64,000 bases of DNA from an uncultured Spirochaetota bacterium (GTDB lineage: Bacteria; Spirochaetota; Spirochaetia; SZUA-6; Fen-1364): NCBI GenBank assembly GCA_963820525.1, contig CAWGAA010000003.1, positions 480,001 through 544,000 of the forward strand, written 5' to 3'. Position numbers and translations under genes: made by a program. The first letter of the stretch is position 1. The number at the start of each line of letters is the position of its first letter. The notes under the pieces were generated by a model, which had not been told where the DNA came from, made no database searches, and saw nothing but the letters and a program-made list of their open reading frames with translations. Below, one piece after another: positions 27,413-42,200 of this stretch.

Positions 27413-27554
27413 GAGATTGCCCCTTTCAAAAATGAAGTGGTCACATGGTAGGCGCATGGCGCCCGGCAGTGTCAAGATACCCCGGGCCGCACGGTAGCGG
27501 GCTTCCGCGAAAAATGGTATGAAGAACCACACCCCTTCCTTCGAGGAGAGCCAC

Positions 27555-30767
<3,213 letters not shown>

Positions 30768-30783
30768 GACAAGGAGGGGGATA

Positions 30784-31749
30784 ATGGAGATCGAGGAGAT
30801 CACGATCGGGAAGCTCAATGCGGGGCATTTCATCGAAGAGAAGGTGCGGGAGATCGCCCAGACCGTCGGAGAAGGATACGCCGTCAACGCTCTGTCCGGC
30901 GGCGTTGACTCTTCCGTTGTGACCATGTTGGGCCACCGGGCCCTGGGAAAGCGATTGAAGACCTACTTCATCCAGAACGGGATCATGCGTGAAGGGGAGC
31001 CCGAAAGCATCGTCCGCGTTTTCAAGGGGCTTGGCGTCGAGGTCGAGGTTGTGGACGCCAGCCGGAAGTTCTTTGCCGCCTTCAAGGGCGTCACCGATCC
31101 GGAAGAGAAGCGGGAAGCGGTGACCCAGACCTTCTACAAGACCGTGTTCGGGCCGCTGGTGAAGAAGAGCAGGGCACGGTTCCTCCTGCAGGGCACGAAT
31201 TACACCGACGTGGAGGAAACGGTGGCCGGTGTGAAGCGCCAGCACAACATCCTGGCCCAGCTGGGCATCGACACGAAGAAGGAGTTCGGCTACGCGGTTC
31301 TGGAACCGATCGTCCAGCTCAGAAAAACCGGCGTCCGAAGAGTAGCCCGGGCGCTGGGCCTGCCGCGGGAGATTTCCGAGCGGCCTCCGTTCCCTGGGCC
31401 GGCACTTGCCGCGCGCGTGATCGGCGAGGTGACGCCGGAGCGTGTTTCCGTTGTTCGGGCGGCAACACAGATCGTGGAGGAGGAGCTTCGTGGAAGCCGC
31501 GCCTTCCAATACCTCGCCATCCTCCACCAGGACCTGGTGACGGGCGTTCGGGACGGCAAGCGCAGCTTCGGCATGCAGATCGAGGTGCGCTGCTGGAATT
31601 CGACGGACGCGGTGATCGCAGCCCCCACGCGCCTTCCTTTCCGAGTTCTGGAGCGCCTGGCCGAAAGAATCGTCTCGGAGGTGAATGGCGTGGTGAGCGT
31701 CACCTACAACGTCACCCGAAAGCCGCCCTCGACGATCGAGGCGGTGTAG
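30784..31749 (+). CDS. guaA: GMP synthase ATP-pyrophosphatase subunit, no glutaminase domain
   Basis: ALSGGVDSSV, DPEEKR, RPPFPGPALAARVIG, KPPSTIE; only 321 aa. Confidence 0.8.
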   Translation: MEIEEITIGKLNAGHFIEEKVREIAQTVGEGYAVNALSGGVDSSVVTMLGHRALGKRLKTYFIQNGIMREGEPESIVRVFKGLGVEVEVVDASRKFFAAFKGVTDPEEKREAVTQTFYKTVFGPLVKKSRARFLLQGTNYTDVEETVAGVKRQHNILAQLGIDTKKEFGYAVLEPIVQLRKTGVRRVARALGLPREISERPPFPGPALAARVIGEVTPERVSVVRAATQIVEEELRGSRAFQYLAILHQDLVTGVRDGKRSFGMQIEVRCWNSTDAVIAAPTRLPFRVLERLAERIVSEVNGVVSVTYNVTRKPPSTIEAV

Positions 31750-31777
31750 GAGGCTGCGCTGGGGGGGCGCTCCCCGG

Positions 31778-32182
31778 TTACGGCAGGATGTTCTCCAATC
31801 CCGCGTAGATTATGACGGCCGGTATCGCGAGTCCGATGACGGCATGGGTGCCGGTATAATAAATCGCCTCGTTATGCCTGCCATTGGCGAGCGCGTCGGT
31901 TTCCAGGAATCCCAGGACGATCTGGGCGGCCATGAGCGAGACATGCGTAAAAAAGGCGTAACGGTGGATATCGCTCTTCTTCAGCTTCCCCGGAGTCGAT
32001 GAGGTCATCATGGAGAGGCCGGTAAGGGCATCTCCGATGTAAAGCGTTTCACCCGCGGCGACAAGGCCGACATGCCACCACCGCAAGTCCTGATGGCTGT
32101 TCCAGATCGTAGACATCTGGTTGAAGTCTCCCTCGCTTGCTAGGCCGCCTTCGGTGCCGTTGGGGTGGATGACGTTCTTCAT
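31778..32182 (-). CDS. Small membrane protein with His residues in TM helices (possibly N-truncated)
   Basis: WWHVG, IHRYAFFTHVSL, THAVIG; GGAG before ATG 32182. Confidence 0.5.
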   Translation of the reverse strand: MKNVIHPNGTEGGLASEGDFNQMSTIWNSHQDLRWWHVGLVAAGETLYIGDALTGLSMMTSSTPGKLKKSDIHRYAFFTHVSLMAAQIVLGFLETDALANGRHNEAIYYTGTHAVIGLAIPAVIIYAGLENILP

Positions 32183-32253
32183 GTCTTGACTCCCGTGAAA
32201 AAGATATTCCATCTTTATCAATGGTGAAGCGCAACAATCCCAGGCGGCAGCCG

Positions 32254-33258
32254 ATGCTGAAGGCATTCCTCATCGCCATCGTCCCCCTTTCTTTTTTCCT
32301 TGGCTGTGCCAGCCTCGTCCCCGTCGAGACAACCATGCCCAGCGAAATCGACATGACCGGATTGCGAACGATCGCGGTGCTTCCATTCACATATCCCGCC
32401 CTGGATCACGGCAGTGCGGCCATGGAGACCAGCCTCCAGTATGCCGCTGACCTTGCTTTGGACCGCCCAACTGACCGCCACCGCGAGCAGCAGGCTGTTG
32501 CCCGCTACGCGACGAATCATTTCATCGGGCTGCTTGAGAACACGGGCCATTTCACGATCGTCGACCTCCAAACCATACTCCAGGCGGCGGCCAAAACTGA
32601 AAATGCCGGCCTGAGCCCGCAGGAACTGGGCCGGGCGCTTGGCGTCGATGCTCTTATCACCGGCAGCATCACGCATATAACCGCAAAGGAACATGAAGAA
32701 TCGATTGCCCAAAATGACAAGTACGGCAACACTTCCTACTCTTCAATATTCTGGAAAAGAGCCGAGATCCAGGTCGACTATAGCGTTCTGGATATCAAGA
32801 CAAATCGACGTGTCGGGACACGGAGCTTCAAAGGCGATCAGACTCTCAGCGCGGACAGAGTTCCGCTTTTTCCTTCGGACCAGAAGATGATTCAGGAGAT
32901 ACTGGACCGGATCCTCTCCCCGGTTCCCCGTCAGCTTGCTCCCTTCACGGTGACTGAAAACCGCGCCCTTCTCGCCGACGCCACAAATGACCCGGAAATG
33001 AAAAAGCTGATCCGGCTCGTCGACAAGAAAATGTATTCCGAGGCGCTTGAGGGGTATTTGAAGATCTGGAGCTCGACCCACAACGTCGCAGCGGGCTACA
33101 ACGCGGCTATTCTGCGTGAAGCGAGCGGCGACATTGACGGCGCTGTCAGTCTCATGAGCGAAGTCGCCGCCTCGACTCACAACCAGAAAGCGCTCAAAGA
33201 AGCAGACAGGCTGAAGAATACGAAGAGCGAAAGGGAAGCCGCCGCGGCCGAGATGTAA
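32254..33258 (+). CDS. Lipoprotein, CsgG/TolB-N-like domain plus TPR-like C-terminus
   Basis: Lipobox FLGC; IAVLPF, LGVDALITGSI; AAGYNAAILREASGD. Confidence 0.7.
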   Translation: MLKAFLIAIVPLSFFLGCASLVPVETTMPSEIDMTGLRTIAVLPFTYPALDHGSAAMETSLQYAADLALDRPTDRHREQQAVARYATNHFIGLLENTGHFTIVDLQTILQAAAKTENAGLSPQELGRALGVDALITGSITHITAKEHEESIAQNDKYGNTSYSSIFWKRAEIQVDYSVLDIKTNRRVGTRSFKGDQTLSADRVPLFPSDQKMIQEILDRILSPVPRQLAPFTVTENRALLADATNDPEMKKLIRLVDKKMYSEALEGYLKIWSSTHNVAAGYNAAILREASGDIDGAVSLMSEVAASTHNQKALKEADRLKNTKSEREAAAAEM

Positions 33259-33295
33259 GCTCGCGGGCCGGCGCCGAGGCGCGCTGCAGTAAAGC

Positions 33296-36200
33296 TCACG
33301 GCGTCGAAGGATTGCCCATGCGCACGACGATCCCGTGCTTGACCAGGCCGCGGTCGAGGGGGATCACGCCGTCTCGAGCCCGCCGGCCGTCGATTTCCAC
33401 CCAGGACACACCCCGCTCTACGCCTTCCGGGTTCTCGACCTGGATATCGTAGATCGCCTCACCGTGACGATAGCGCACATGGAAACCATTCCACCAGCCG
33501 GGGATGACAGGCTCCACGCGCATTCCGTTTCCGCGCACTTTCAAGCCCAGGATCTCTTCGACCCATGCCCGATACATCAATGCCGCCGAGCCCGTATACC
33601 AGGACCAGCCTCCAAGGCCGATCCGTCCGGCCAACCGGCACACATCCGCCGCCACCGCGTAGGGTTCCACCGTATAGCGCCGGACCGCCTGCTCGTCGCG
33701 CGCGAGCTCGATCGGGTTGAGCATTCGAAGGATTTTCGCCGCGCGGGTGCCATCCCCTCGACGCGCCATGGCCATGGCGAGCCACAGGGCAGCGTGAGTG
33801 TACTGGCCTCCATTCTCCCGCACCCCCGGGGGATAGGCCTGGATGTAGCCGGGCGCAGGCGCCGACCGGTCGAAAGGCGGCGCGAAAAGCAGCACCAATC
33901 CTTCGTCATCGCGAACGAGCTCCTTCCACGCGGATTCCAGAGCATGCTCCGCGCGGAGCCTTTCGGCGGCGCCCGAAAGCCACGCCCATGATTGCGGCAA
34001 GGAATCGATCCGCGCCTCGGTATTCCTCGAAGAGCCGAGAGGGGATCCGTCATCGAAGATCCCTCGAAGATACCATTCGCCGTCCCAGGCTGCCTGCTCG
34101 ATGCGCTGAATCAGCGCCCTCTTGTCCCGTTGGTAGGTCCGGCTTATATCGATTCGACCCAGCACCTCAGACAACTCGGACATCCCTTGAAGGACATCCA
34201 CCAGGAACCACGCCAACCAGACGCTCTCCCCCTTGCCTCCGCTGCCCACGAGGTTCATCCCATCGTTCCAGTCCCCCGCCCCCATCAGCGGCAGCCCATG
34301 GGGCCCGATCGTCAGCCCACGCGTGACGGCGCGCCGGCAGTGCTCGAACAGCGTGGAGCGTTCGAGGGCAACCTCCGGCGTGAAGAATAGTTCGTGCTGA
34401 TCCTCCCTGAGCTCGGGGCCGTCGAGGAAGGGCACTTCGGCACGCAGGATGTCTCCATCTCCCGTGATCCGCACGTAGTGAGCCACGACATAGGGCAGCC
34501 ACAAGAGGTCGTCCGAAATGCGCGTGCGGATGCCCGAGCCGCCCGGAGGGTGCCACCAGTGCTGGACGTCGCCTTCCCTGAACTGTCGGCTCGCCGCGAG
34601 CAGGATGTGCTCGCGCGCGAGATCGGCAGACGCATACACGAGCGCCAAGACATCCTGGAGCTGATCGCGGAAGCCGAAGGCGCCGCCGGACTGGTAGAAG
34701 GCGGTACGCCCCCAGATCCGGCAGCTCAGGTCCTGGTACAAAAGCCATCGGTTGATCAGGAAGTCCGCCGCGAGCTCGGGGGTGTGCACCTCGATGGTCC
34801 CCAAAAGCGCATCCCACCACGATTTTGTCCTCGCCAATGCGGCCTCGATCTTCGGGCGTTCCCGGAAGGCGAGAACCATCCCGCGGGCCCCCTCCAGCGA
34901 CTCGGCCTGACCCACCATGCTCGTGATCTCGGCCCCTGCACCGGGGGCGATTTCAAGCTTCACCTGAAGCGCCGCGCACGGGTCCAGTCCCGCCCCCGTC
35001 CTTCGGGAAAGCGCCGCCCGCTCCATCGCGACCGGGGCATCCAGCGTGCGGTTGCGTCCGAGAAAGAACGTGCGGTCGCCGCTGTAGGACTGGGCAGGCG
35101 GGTCGATGGCCGCGAAGGCGACCCGATTCGCATATTCGGGGTGGTAGCGATTGAAGGCCATCAGCGCCCCGATGTCGTCATCCCAGGCGGTCACGACGTG
35201 CATCTGTGAGGTCTCGGGGTGCTCGCCGAGCACCCATTCAACGTAATAAGTCACCGAGAGGGTGCGGGGCCGCCCGGAGTCGTTTTTCAACCGCAGCCTC
35301 TGCAGCTTGATCGGCCGTCCTCCTCTCTCATCCATTGGAACAAAGACGGTCAGCTCCTGATCGATCCCGTTGCTGTTGTGCTCGAAGACCGTGTACCCGG
35401 CTCCATGCCTCGCCCGATATGCGGTCTGCTCGCGAATCGGCGACGGGGTCGGGGTCCAAAAAAGACCCGTCTCCTCGTCCCGTATGTACAGCACCTCGGA
35501 GGCCGGGTCCATGACGGGGTCATTCGACCAGGGCGTCAGGCGATTGCGTTGGCTGTTGCCATACCATGTAAAGCCGGAGCCCGTTTCGCTCACCAGGGTC
35601 CCGAAGGTCGGGTTGGCGATGACGTTCACCCAGGGTGCCGGGGTGTGAGTGCCCGAGCCGAGATATATCGCGTATTCGCGGCCGTCCGGAGTAAAACCAC
35701 CCAGGCCGTTGAAATAGGGCAGCTCCAAAAAGGGCAGCGGAGATGAAGGCTCCTCGGGAGCGCGTTTCCTGGCGATGGGTTCCTGTTGGTCGGGAACTTC
35801 AGCGGGCACGCCCAACTGCTGGGGCAGCGGGCCACGGGCCGCTACAAGCACCACGCTCGCGGCAGCCATGAGGAGCGTCAGGTCTTCCGCGGGGATTTGC
35901 TCCGCGCTGCGCAGGAAGATCCCGCCCGGTCGATCCCTGCCCGTATACGTCGAGTGGGCCTGGATCAGGCCCTCGAGCCGTTCGTTGAGCGGCCGCTCAT
36001 AGGTACGTGTCTCCTCGTTGAGGATCACCAGGTCCGCCATCAACCCGTGCATTCTCCAATAGGCATGCCCCTGAAGCATCTGCCGAACCAGGCTGATGTC
36101 CCGCGCCTCGCTGATGGTGACCAGGGCGATCGGCAGGTCCCCCGAGATCCCATAGGGCCAGAGACCGGCCTGGCCCTTGCCATTTTCCTTGATGCGCTCG

Positions 36201-39200
36201 GCGGCTGACCGCAGGAGCGGATTCGGATACAGCAGGGCGCCGGCGAGCTGCTGGAAACGGCGAGCCTCGTCCGGCTGGATGCGCAGCACGCGCAGCTCAA
36301 ACTGGGCGGCTGCCCAGGCGAAATCCAGGGCACGATCGATGGAGTGGGGATTGCCGTACTTGTCCATCAGCCCCAGGACCTGCTCCCGCGTTTCGCCGGC
36401 GGCAAGGACAAGGGAAACCTCCACGCGCTGGCCGGGACTCAAGTTCAGGCGCCTCCGCAGGCTGAGGATGGGATCCAGGACGTTCCCCTGTGTGTTGCCC
36501 ATCTCCCGCATGCCTCCCACGGGATTGGCGAGGGTCCGTCCCCGGCCGATGAACCGGCGGCGGTCCGTCTCGAATTGCAGGGCCTCCTCCCCGCCGTTTT
36601 CGAGCGTCAGGCGATGCGCGACATAGATGGGCGGAGCGTCTTCCCCTCGAGGCCGCCGGAATGCCAGAAGCGCCTGCTTGAGAGGCACCGCCTCGGTTTG
36701 GATGAAAAGCTTGTTGAATGCCGGATGCTGCCGGTCGGCAGCATGCGGCGTCATCGCCAGCTCGATATAGCTTGTGAGATCGAGGCGGCGGGTGCGAACG
36801 GAGCGATTGATCAGAGTGACCCGCCGGATTTCCAGGTCATCTTCGGGGGAGACGACGAGCTCCGTTCGGGTTTGAATCCCGCTATCGGTGCGCCGGTACA
36901 CGGCCCGATCGAGAGCGAAGCTGGCTGAATATCCCTCAACCTCTCCGCCGCAGGGCTGATAGGCTGTGGACCACAATCCATCGGTGTCGACGTCATGGAT
37001 GTAGCAGAAGGTTCCCCATGAATCCCGAGTCCGGTCCGATCTCCAGCGCGTTATCTCGTGATTGCCCCACTGGCTGTATCCCCCGCCGGCGTTCGTAACC
37101 ATCACGCCGTAGCGGCCGTTGCTGAGAAGCTGCGTTTTCGGCGTGTCGGTATGCGGAGTGTCGAACGTGCTCACCGAGGGTGCGACCCCTCCGACGCTTT
37201 CCGTCGTGAGCGCGCGCTCACGCGTCGAGATGTGATACAAGGGAGGCTGGACCGGGACGCGTTCATGGAGCAAAGGCTCAACGGCCCGCACACGCGCGTC
37301 GGCGTGGAACCGGCGCCTGACTGGGCCGTCATGGAGGAAATTGGAGAGCGACAGGAGACTCATCCCTTGGTGATGCGCCATGTAGGCCTGGACGACCACT
37401 CCCCGCTCGCCCTTCCGCGCTGTTTGGCGGCTGAAATCAATCGCCTCGTAGTATCCGTAATCGCCGAGCAGACCCAAGCGGACCAGCCGTTTCAGGTTCC
37501 GCACGGTCTTGAGCGGTGCAATGGTGACCGCCAGCAGGGTGGCATAGGGCGCGACAACCACCTTTTCCTCCAGACCGCGTTTCAAAGCCAGCTCGGGAAC
37601 GCCAAAAGCCCTGTACTGGTAGGTCTTTGTGAGGTCCAGATCTCCAAAAGCCGACTCCGATATTCCCCACGGCACTCGATGCCGGTGACCGTAGGCCATC
37701 TGGATATCCAGGGCTTCCCGCGCCGCCTTATCGAGAAGCGTGTTCCCGCGAGAGCGTTGGAAAATCAGCGGCATCAGATACTCGAACATCGTCCCGGTCC
37801 AGCTGAGAAGAACCCGGCGCCGGCCCACAGCCGAGTACGGGCGGCTCATTGAGAACCAGTGATCGAAGGGGACATCCCCCCTGGCGATGGCGATGAAGCT
37901 TCCCAGCCGCGCCTCTGCGGCCAGGAGGTCGTAGTAGGCACCATCCAGGCGGTCTTCGGAAACGTTGAAACCGATGCAGAAAAGCCGCCGCTCGGGATCA
38001 TACAGGAAGCGCATGTTGATCGCGTCGGATAACGCACGGCAGTCCCGAATGAGACGTTCGGCCGCGCCGAGGATTTCACCGGCCAGCCAGCGCGACTTGG
38101 AGAACTCCTCCAGCAGACGGTCAAGCCACGCGAGGAGAGGAGCGGCGGCCGCGGGAGCCGCCTCCCGGATCCCCTGAAGCACCGCAATGCAGCCGATGCG
38201 CCCGTTTGCCAGGTCTGCGAGCGAAGGCGCCCGGGAGAGATCCCGGCGGATGGCGTCCACGGCCGCTGGACCGAGCGGCGCGACCTCCTCTTCCGTTTTC
38301 TCGGCGAGGATTTCCATCCAGGCGAGATAGCGATCCGCTATATTCAGCCAGGCCGATACCTGCCCTTCCACCTGTCGGGACCAATAGACGGCTTCAGCTT
38401 CACCGTGGGGGGATTTTTGCGCTGCATCGGCGATGCTCTTCACCGTCTGCGCAGACCGCCGCAACAGGCGGAGGCAATCCGTGAGGCGGGCCGGCGGGGC
38501 CTCCCATGTGCTCGCGAGGGCAATTCCTTTCCGGCCCTCGACCTTGTGAAGGATTTCCGCGGTATCCCGCAGACCTGAAAAAGCGCGCCCATCGAGGACC
38601 GGCCCCTGGAGCAGCTCCTCCAGCCCATGTTCCAGGACCCACAGGGCCCCCAGCAGGTTTCCGCTGTCAACGGCGGAGACGTAGCGCGGCTCCAGGGGGG
38701 TCAGGGATCGAACATCGTACCAATTCAGCAGATGGCCCTGGAAGCGTTCCAACCTGCCGATCGTCTCCATGCTCCGTATCAGCTTCTCGACAAGCTGATC
38801 CGCCGTGATATAGCCGAAATCGGACGCGGCCAAGGCGCTCACCATCCACAGCCCGATGTTGGTTGGACTGGTGCGCATTGCCAGCTGGTTCTGCGGAGAG
38901 ACCTGGTAGTTATCGGGGGGCAGCCAGGAGGTCTCGGCGCCGACAAAATCCGCGAAGTACCGCCAGGTTCGGCGCGCAACCTGCCTGAGGAAGCGAACAG
39001 CCGTTTCGGGCAACCGGACGCGACGCTGCCTGGCCCGCGGCTTCAGGTTCAGGAGCCGACCGACCAGAGGAGAGAGGAACCACAGAGAAAGCCATGGGAC
39101 GGCGAACGCCAGGCTGGATGGCATCCAGCGCATCACCGCCCATGCCATAATCACGCTGAAGACGCTCACCAGTCCCATCGACACGCCATAAATGGGAAAC

Positions 39201-42200
39201 CGGTCAGGGGCAGCCCCGGTCAGCACCTGAGCCGAAGTCCACTGGAGCATTCTCCGATGGGAGACGTAGCGGCGATAAACGGCCAGAAGAATTGCATCCA
39301 GGGCCAGCGCGGTCTGGTGCGGAAGCAATGCGGCGTCCACGACCGCCCGAAGCACGTCGTGCGCGACCTTCCAGATCGAGAAGCCCGAGAGCCCCCGGCG
39401 AGTCGTCACCATGGTGAAACGCTGCACCATGGGCTGGAAAAGGAGCTGCACGGTGACCACAAGCGTCGAGATCCAGCCGATTTGGGGGGACGTCAGCCAG
39501 GAAGCCAGGAGCAAGCCCAGACTGGCCGCGGGCACCAGGCTGCGGCGCAAGTTGTCGAGAATCTTCCAGCGGTTGAACCGGGAAAGCGGATTCGGCTCAG
39601 GCCGTCCCCCCCGTCCGGGAACCCGCGACGATATCCACTGCGCGATTTGCCAATCGCCCCGAATCCAACGATGCTGCCGTTTTGTATACCCCAGGTAGTT
39701 GCGGGGAAACTCGTCATAGAGCTCGATATCGCTGGCCAGGCCCACGCGCACGTGGGCTCCTTCTATCAGATCGTGGCTCAGCAGGCGCCCGTCAGGGAAC
39801 CTTCCGGAAAGCACGCGACTGAAAGCGCGCACATCGTAGATGCCCTTGCCGTAATACGAGCCTTCTCCGGTCAGGTCCTGCTGGACGTCCGAGACGGCCC
39901 TGGTGTACGGATCGATTCCAACGGCGTCCGCGAAGAGCCGGCTGAAGAAGGAGGCGCTCGTGCTCGGCAGCGAAGGGCTCACGCGCGGTTGGATGACGGC
40001 GTAGGTGCCGGCGAGAACTCTTCCCGCGGCGTCGAAGCGCGGCCGGTTGAGAGGGTGCGCCAGGGTCTCGATCAGGCGGCGGGCGGCGCCAAGCGGCAGC
40101 TGGGTGTCGCTGTCGAGCGTGATGACGAATCTCACATTGGACAGATCATCCTGATTGCCGACGTATACCAGACGCCCTGCTCCTTCGGGCCGCGTTCCCT
40201 CGATCAGCCGGTTCAGCTCTTCGAGCTTTCCGCGTTTGCGCTCCCAACCGATGAACTTCCGCTCCGATTCGCTCCAGGTGCGATCGCGATGAAAGAGCAG
40301 GAAGCGCTCTCCTCCATGGCGACGGTTGAGGGCTTCGAGGCTTTCGATCGCGGCGCCGAGCAGTTGCGCGTCATCCTCACGATGCGCCCGATCCGCGTCC
40401 GTGTAGTCCGTGAAGAGGCTGAAGAGCAGATTGCTTTCCTTGTTGGCCAGGTAGCGGACCTCCAGCTTCTCGGCCTCTTCCCGGATCGTCTCGACGTCAC
40501 TCAGCAGAACGGGCACGACGATCAGCGTTCGGAATGCATCGGGTATTCCGAAGGCTTTGAAATCCATTTTGGCAAGGGGGCGGGGCGGCAGGAGCCGTGT
40601 CGCGAGATAGTTCAAGACCTCGATCGCGAGTTGACTGGCGGGAATCAGCAGCAGGAGCGCTATCAAGAGCCGAATCCCGGGCGCGAGTCCCCCAAGACCA
40701 AGCACTACGATCGGGACGACGAAGACGGCGGAAAAGAAACCGAGCGCCGTAAAGTACACAAGGGAATGATGGCGGTAGACCCAATGGAGGAGTCTGAAAT
40801 GGAGCCGCTCGCGGCAGTGCAGACTCTCGGCCAGCTCGCGCCTGCCCTCGTCGATCAGAAAACTTCCGACGTGGGTTCGCCGCTCATCCTCCGTCGGTCC
40901 GGCATGAGCGCGCGCTGCCAGCGCGATGGCCCCTTCTGCCACCTTGTCCTCCGCCCGACCGGAGCGGCGCGCAAGCTCTTCTACCGCCCGGCGATAGCGA
41001 TCGCGCGTGCCGAAATCCATTGAAGAATACACGCCGGACGGATCCGTTCGAAGCAGCAGTTCCACATGGCTCTGATTCTCGAAAATCTGCCTCCAATCCA
41101 GCAGCGCCAACTGGCGCAGGCTGGTGACGGCATGAGAGACGGAGATCTGATCCTTGGTTCTGCGGTTTTGCTCGCGCATGTTGAGCTCGCTCAGGGATTG
41201 GCGGAACGTGCGCTCCAGCCAGCTCTGGACCAGCACCAGCACGGCTTCTTCGTCGTAGAGATGATCGACCAGTTGGGTCACGAAATGGGGACTCGGACCC
41301 GGTTGGGCAAGGACAAGCTCGGACAGGATCAAGAAGAGATGGCTGGAGCCTCGCCGATTGGCCGAAATCAGCCGGTTCGCCCAGAAGTCGGCCATCTCCC
41401 GCTCGCGCAGCTCGGTCAAGGCGCCGACGGCGACATTCTGGATTTTCTCGATCAACGCAATGCGCAGCATCTGAGGGACAGCCCAAAGCTCGCCAATCGT
41501 CAGCGGGCTGACGGATTGGTACGCGCCGATGAAGGCCTGGATGTTTTCCCGATCCAGGCGAAACTCAACGTCGGAGACAAGCTCCCACGCCAAATCGTAG
41601 ATGCGCGGAAGCCCCCCAAAAGCTCCGCTGGAGAGTACCGGCATTTGGCGGTAATAGTGCCGAGGCAGGTTCGCTATCGCGTCGCGGGCGTTGCTCTCGA
41701 CAACGTACTCGTTGTCGAGGATCCACTCCGCCGTTGGAGGTGCTCCCTGTTCCAGACGGCTCGCCTCGGAGAGGTCCTCGCACGCGCGATGGATCCATTG
41801 ACGGGCCTCTTCGAGCCGGAGAAGAAGCGGCGCGCTCCGCTTGGGCTCCTGGTCGATACGGTGCTCGAAGGCCAGGCGCTGGGCATTCTCCCGGAGCAGC
41901 GCCTGCGTGGGGGGCACCACGGGACCCCGCGCGGCTCGCGGTAAACCCTCGTGCTTCGGATGAAGGGCGAAGACCGGCGGAGGGATGGGGCCGCTTTCTC
42001 GAAGCGCCGCCACGGCGAAATGCAGCCTCCCGACCGGCGCCTGTAGGATCACGACGGCCTCATTGGGCATCAGCCGGCGGGCGTGATCCTCAAGCAGCTC
42101 TTGCGCGACACCGTATTTCGATCGCCGTATCCACACGCACCCGACACAGATCCCGACCAATCCGCCTGCCAGGCCAGGGATCATGGGAGAAAGGCTCCCG

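Noticed and set aside
38627..41023. 798-aa plus-strand ORF
   Set aside because: Antisense shadow of the cyclic glucan synthase.
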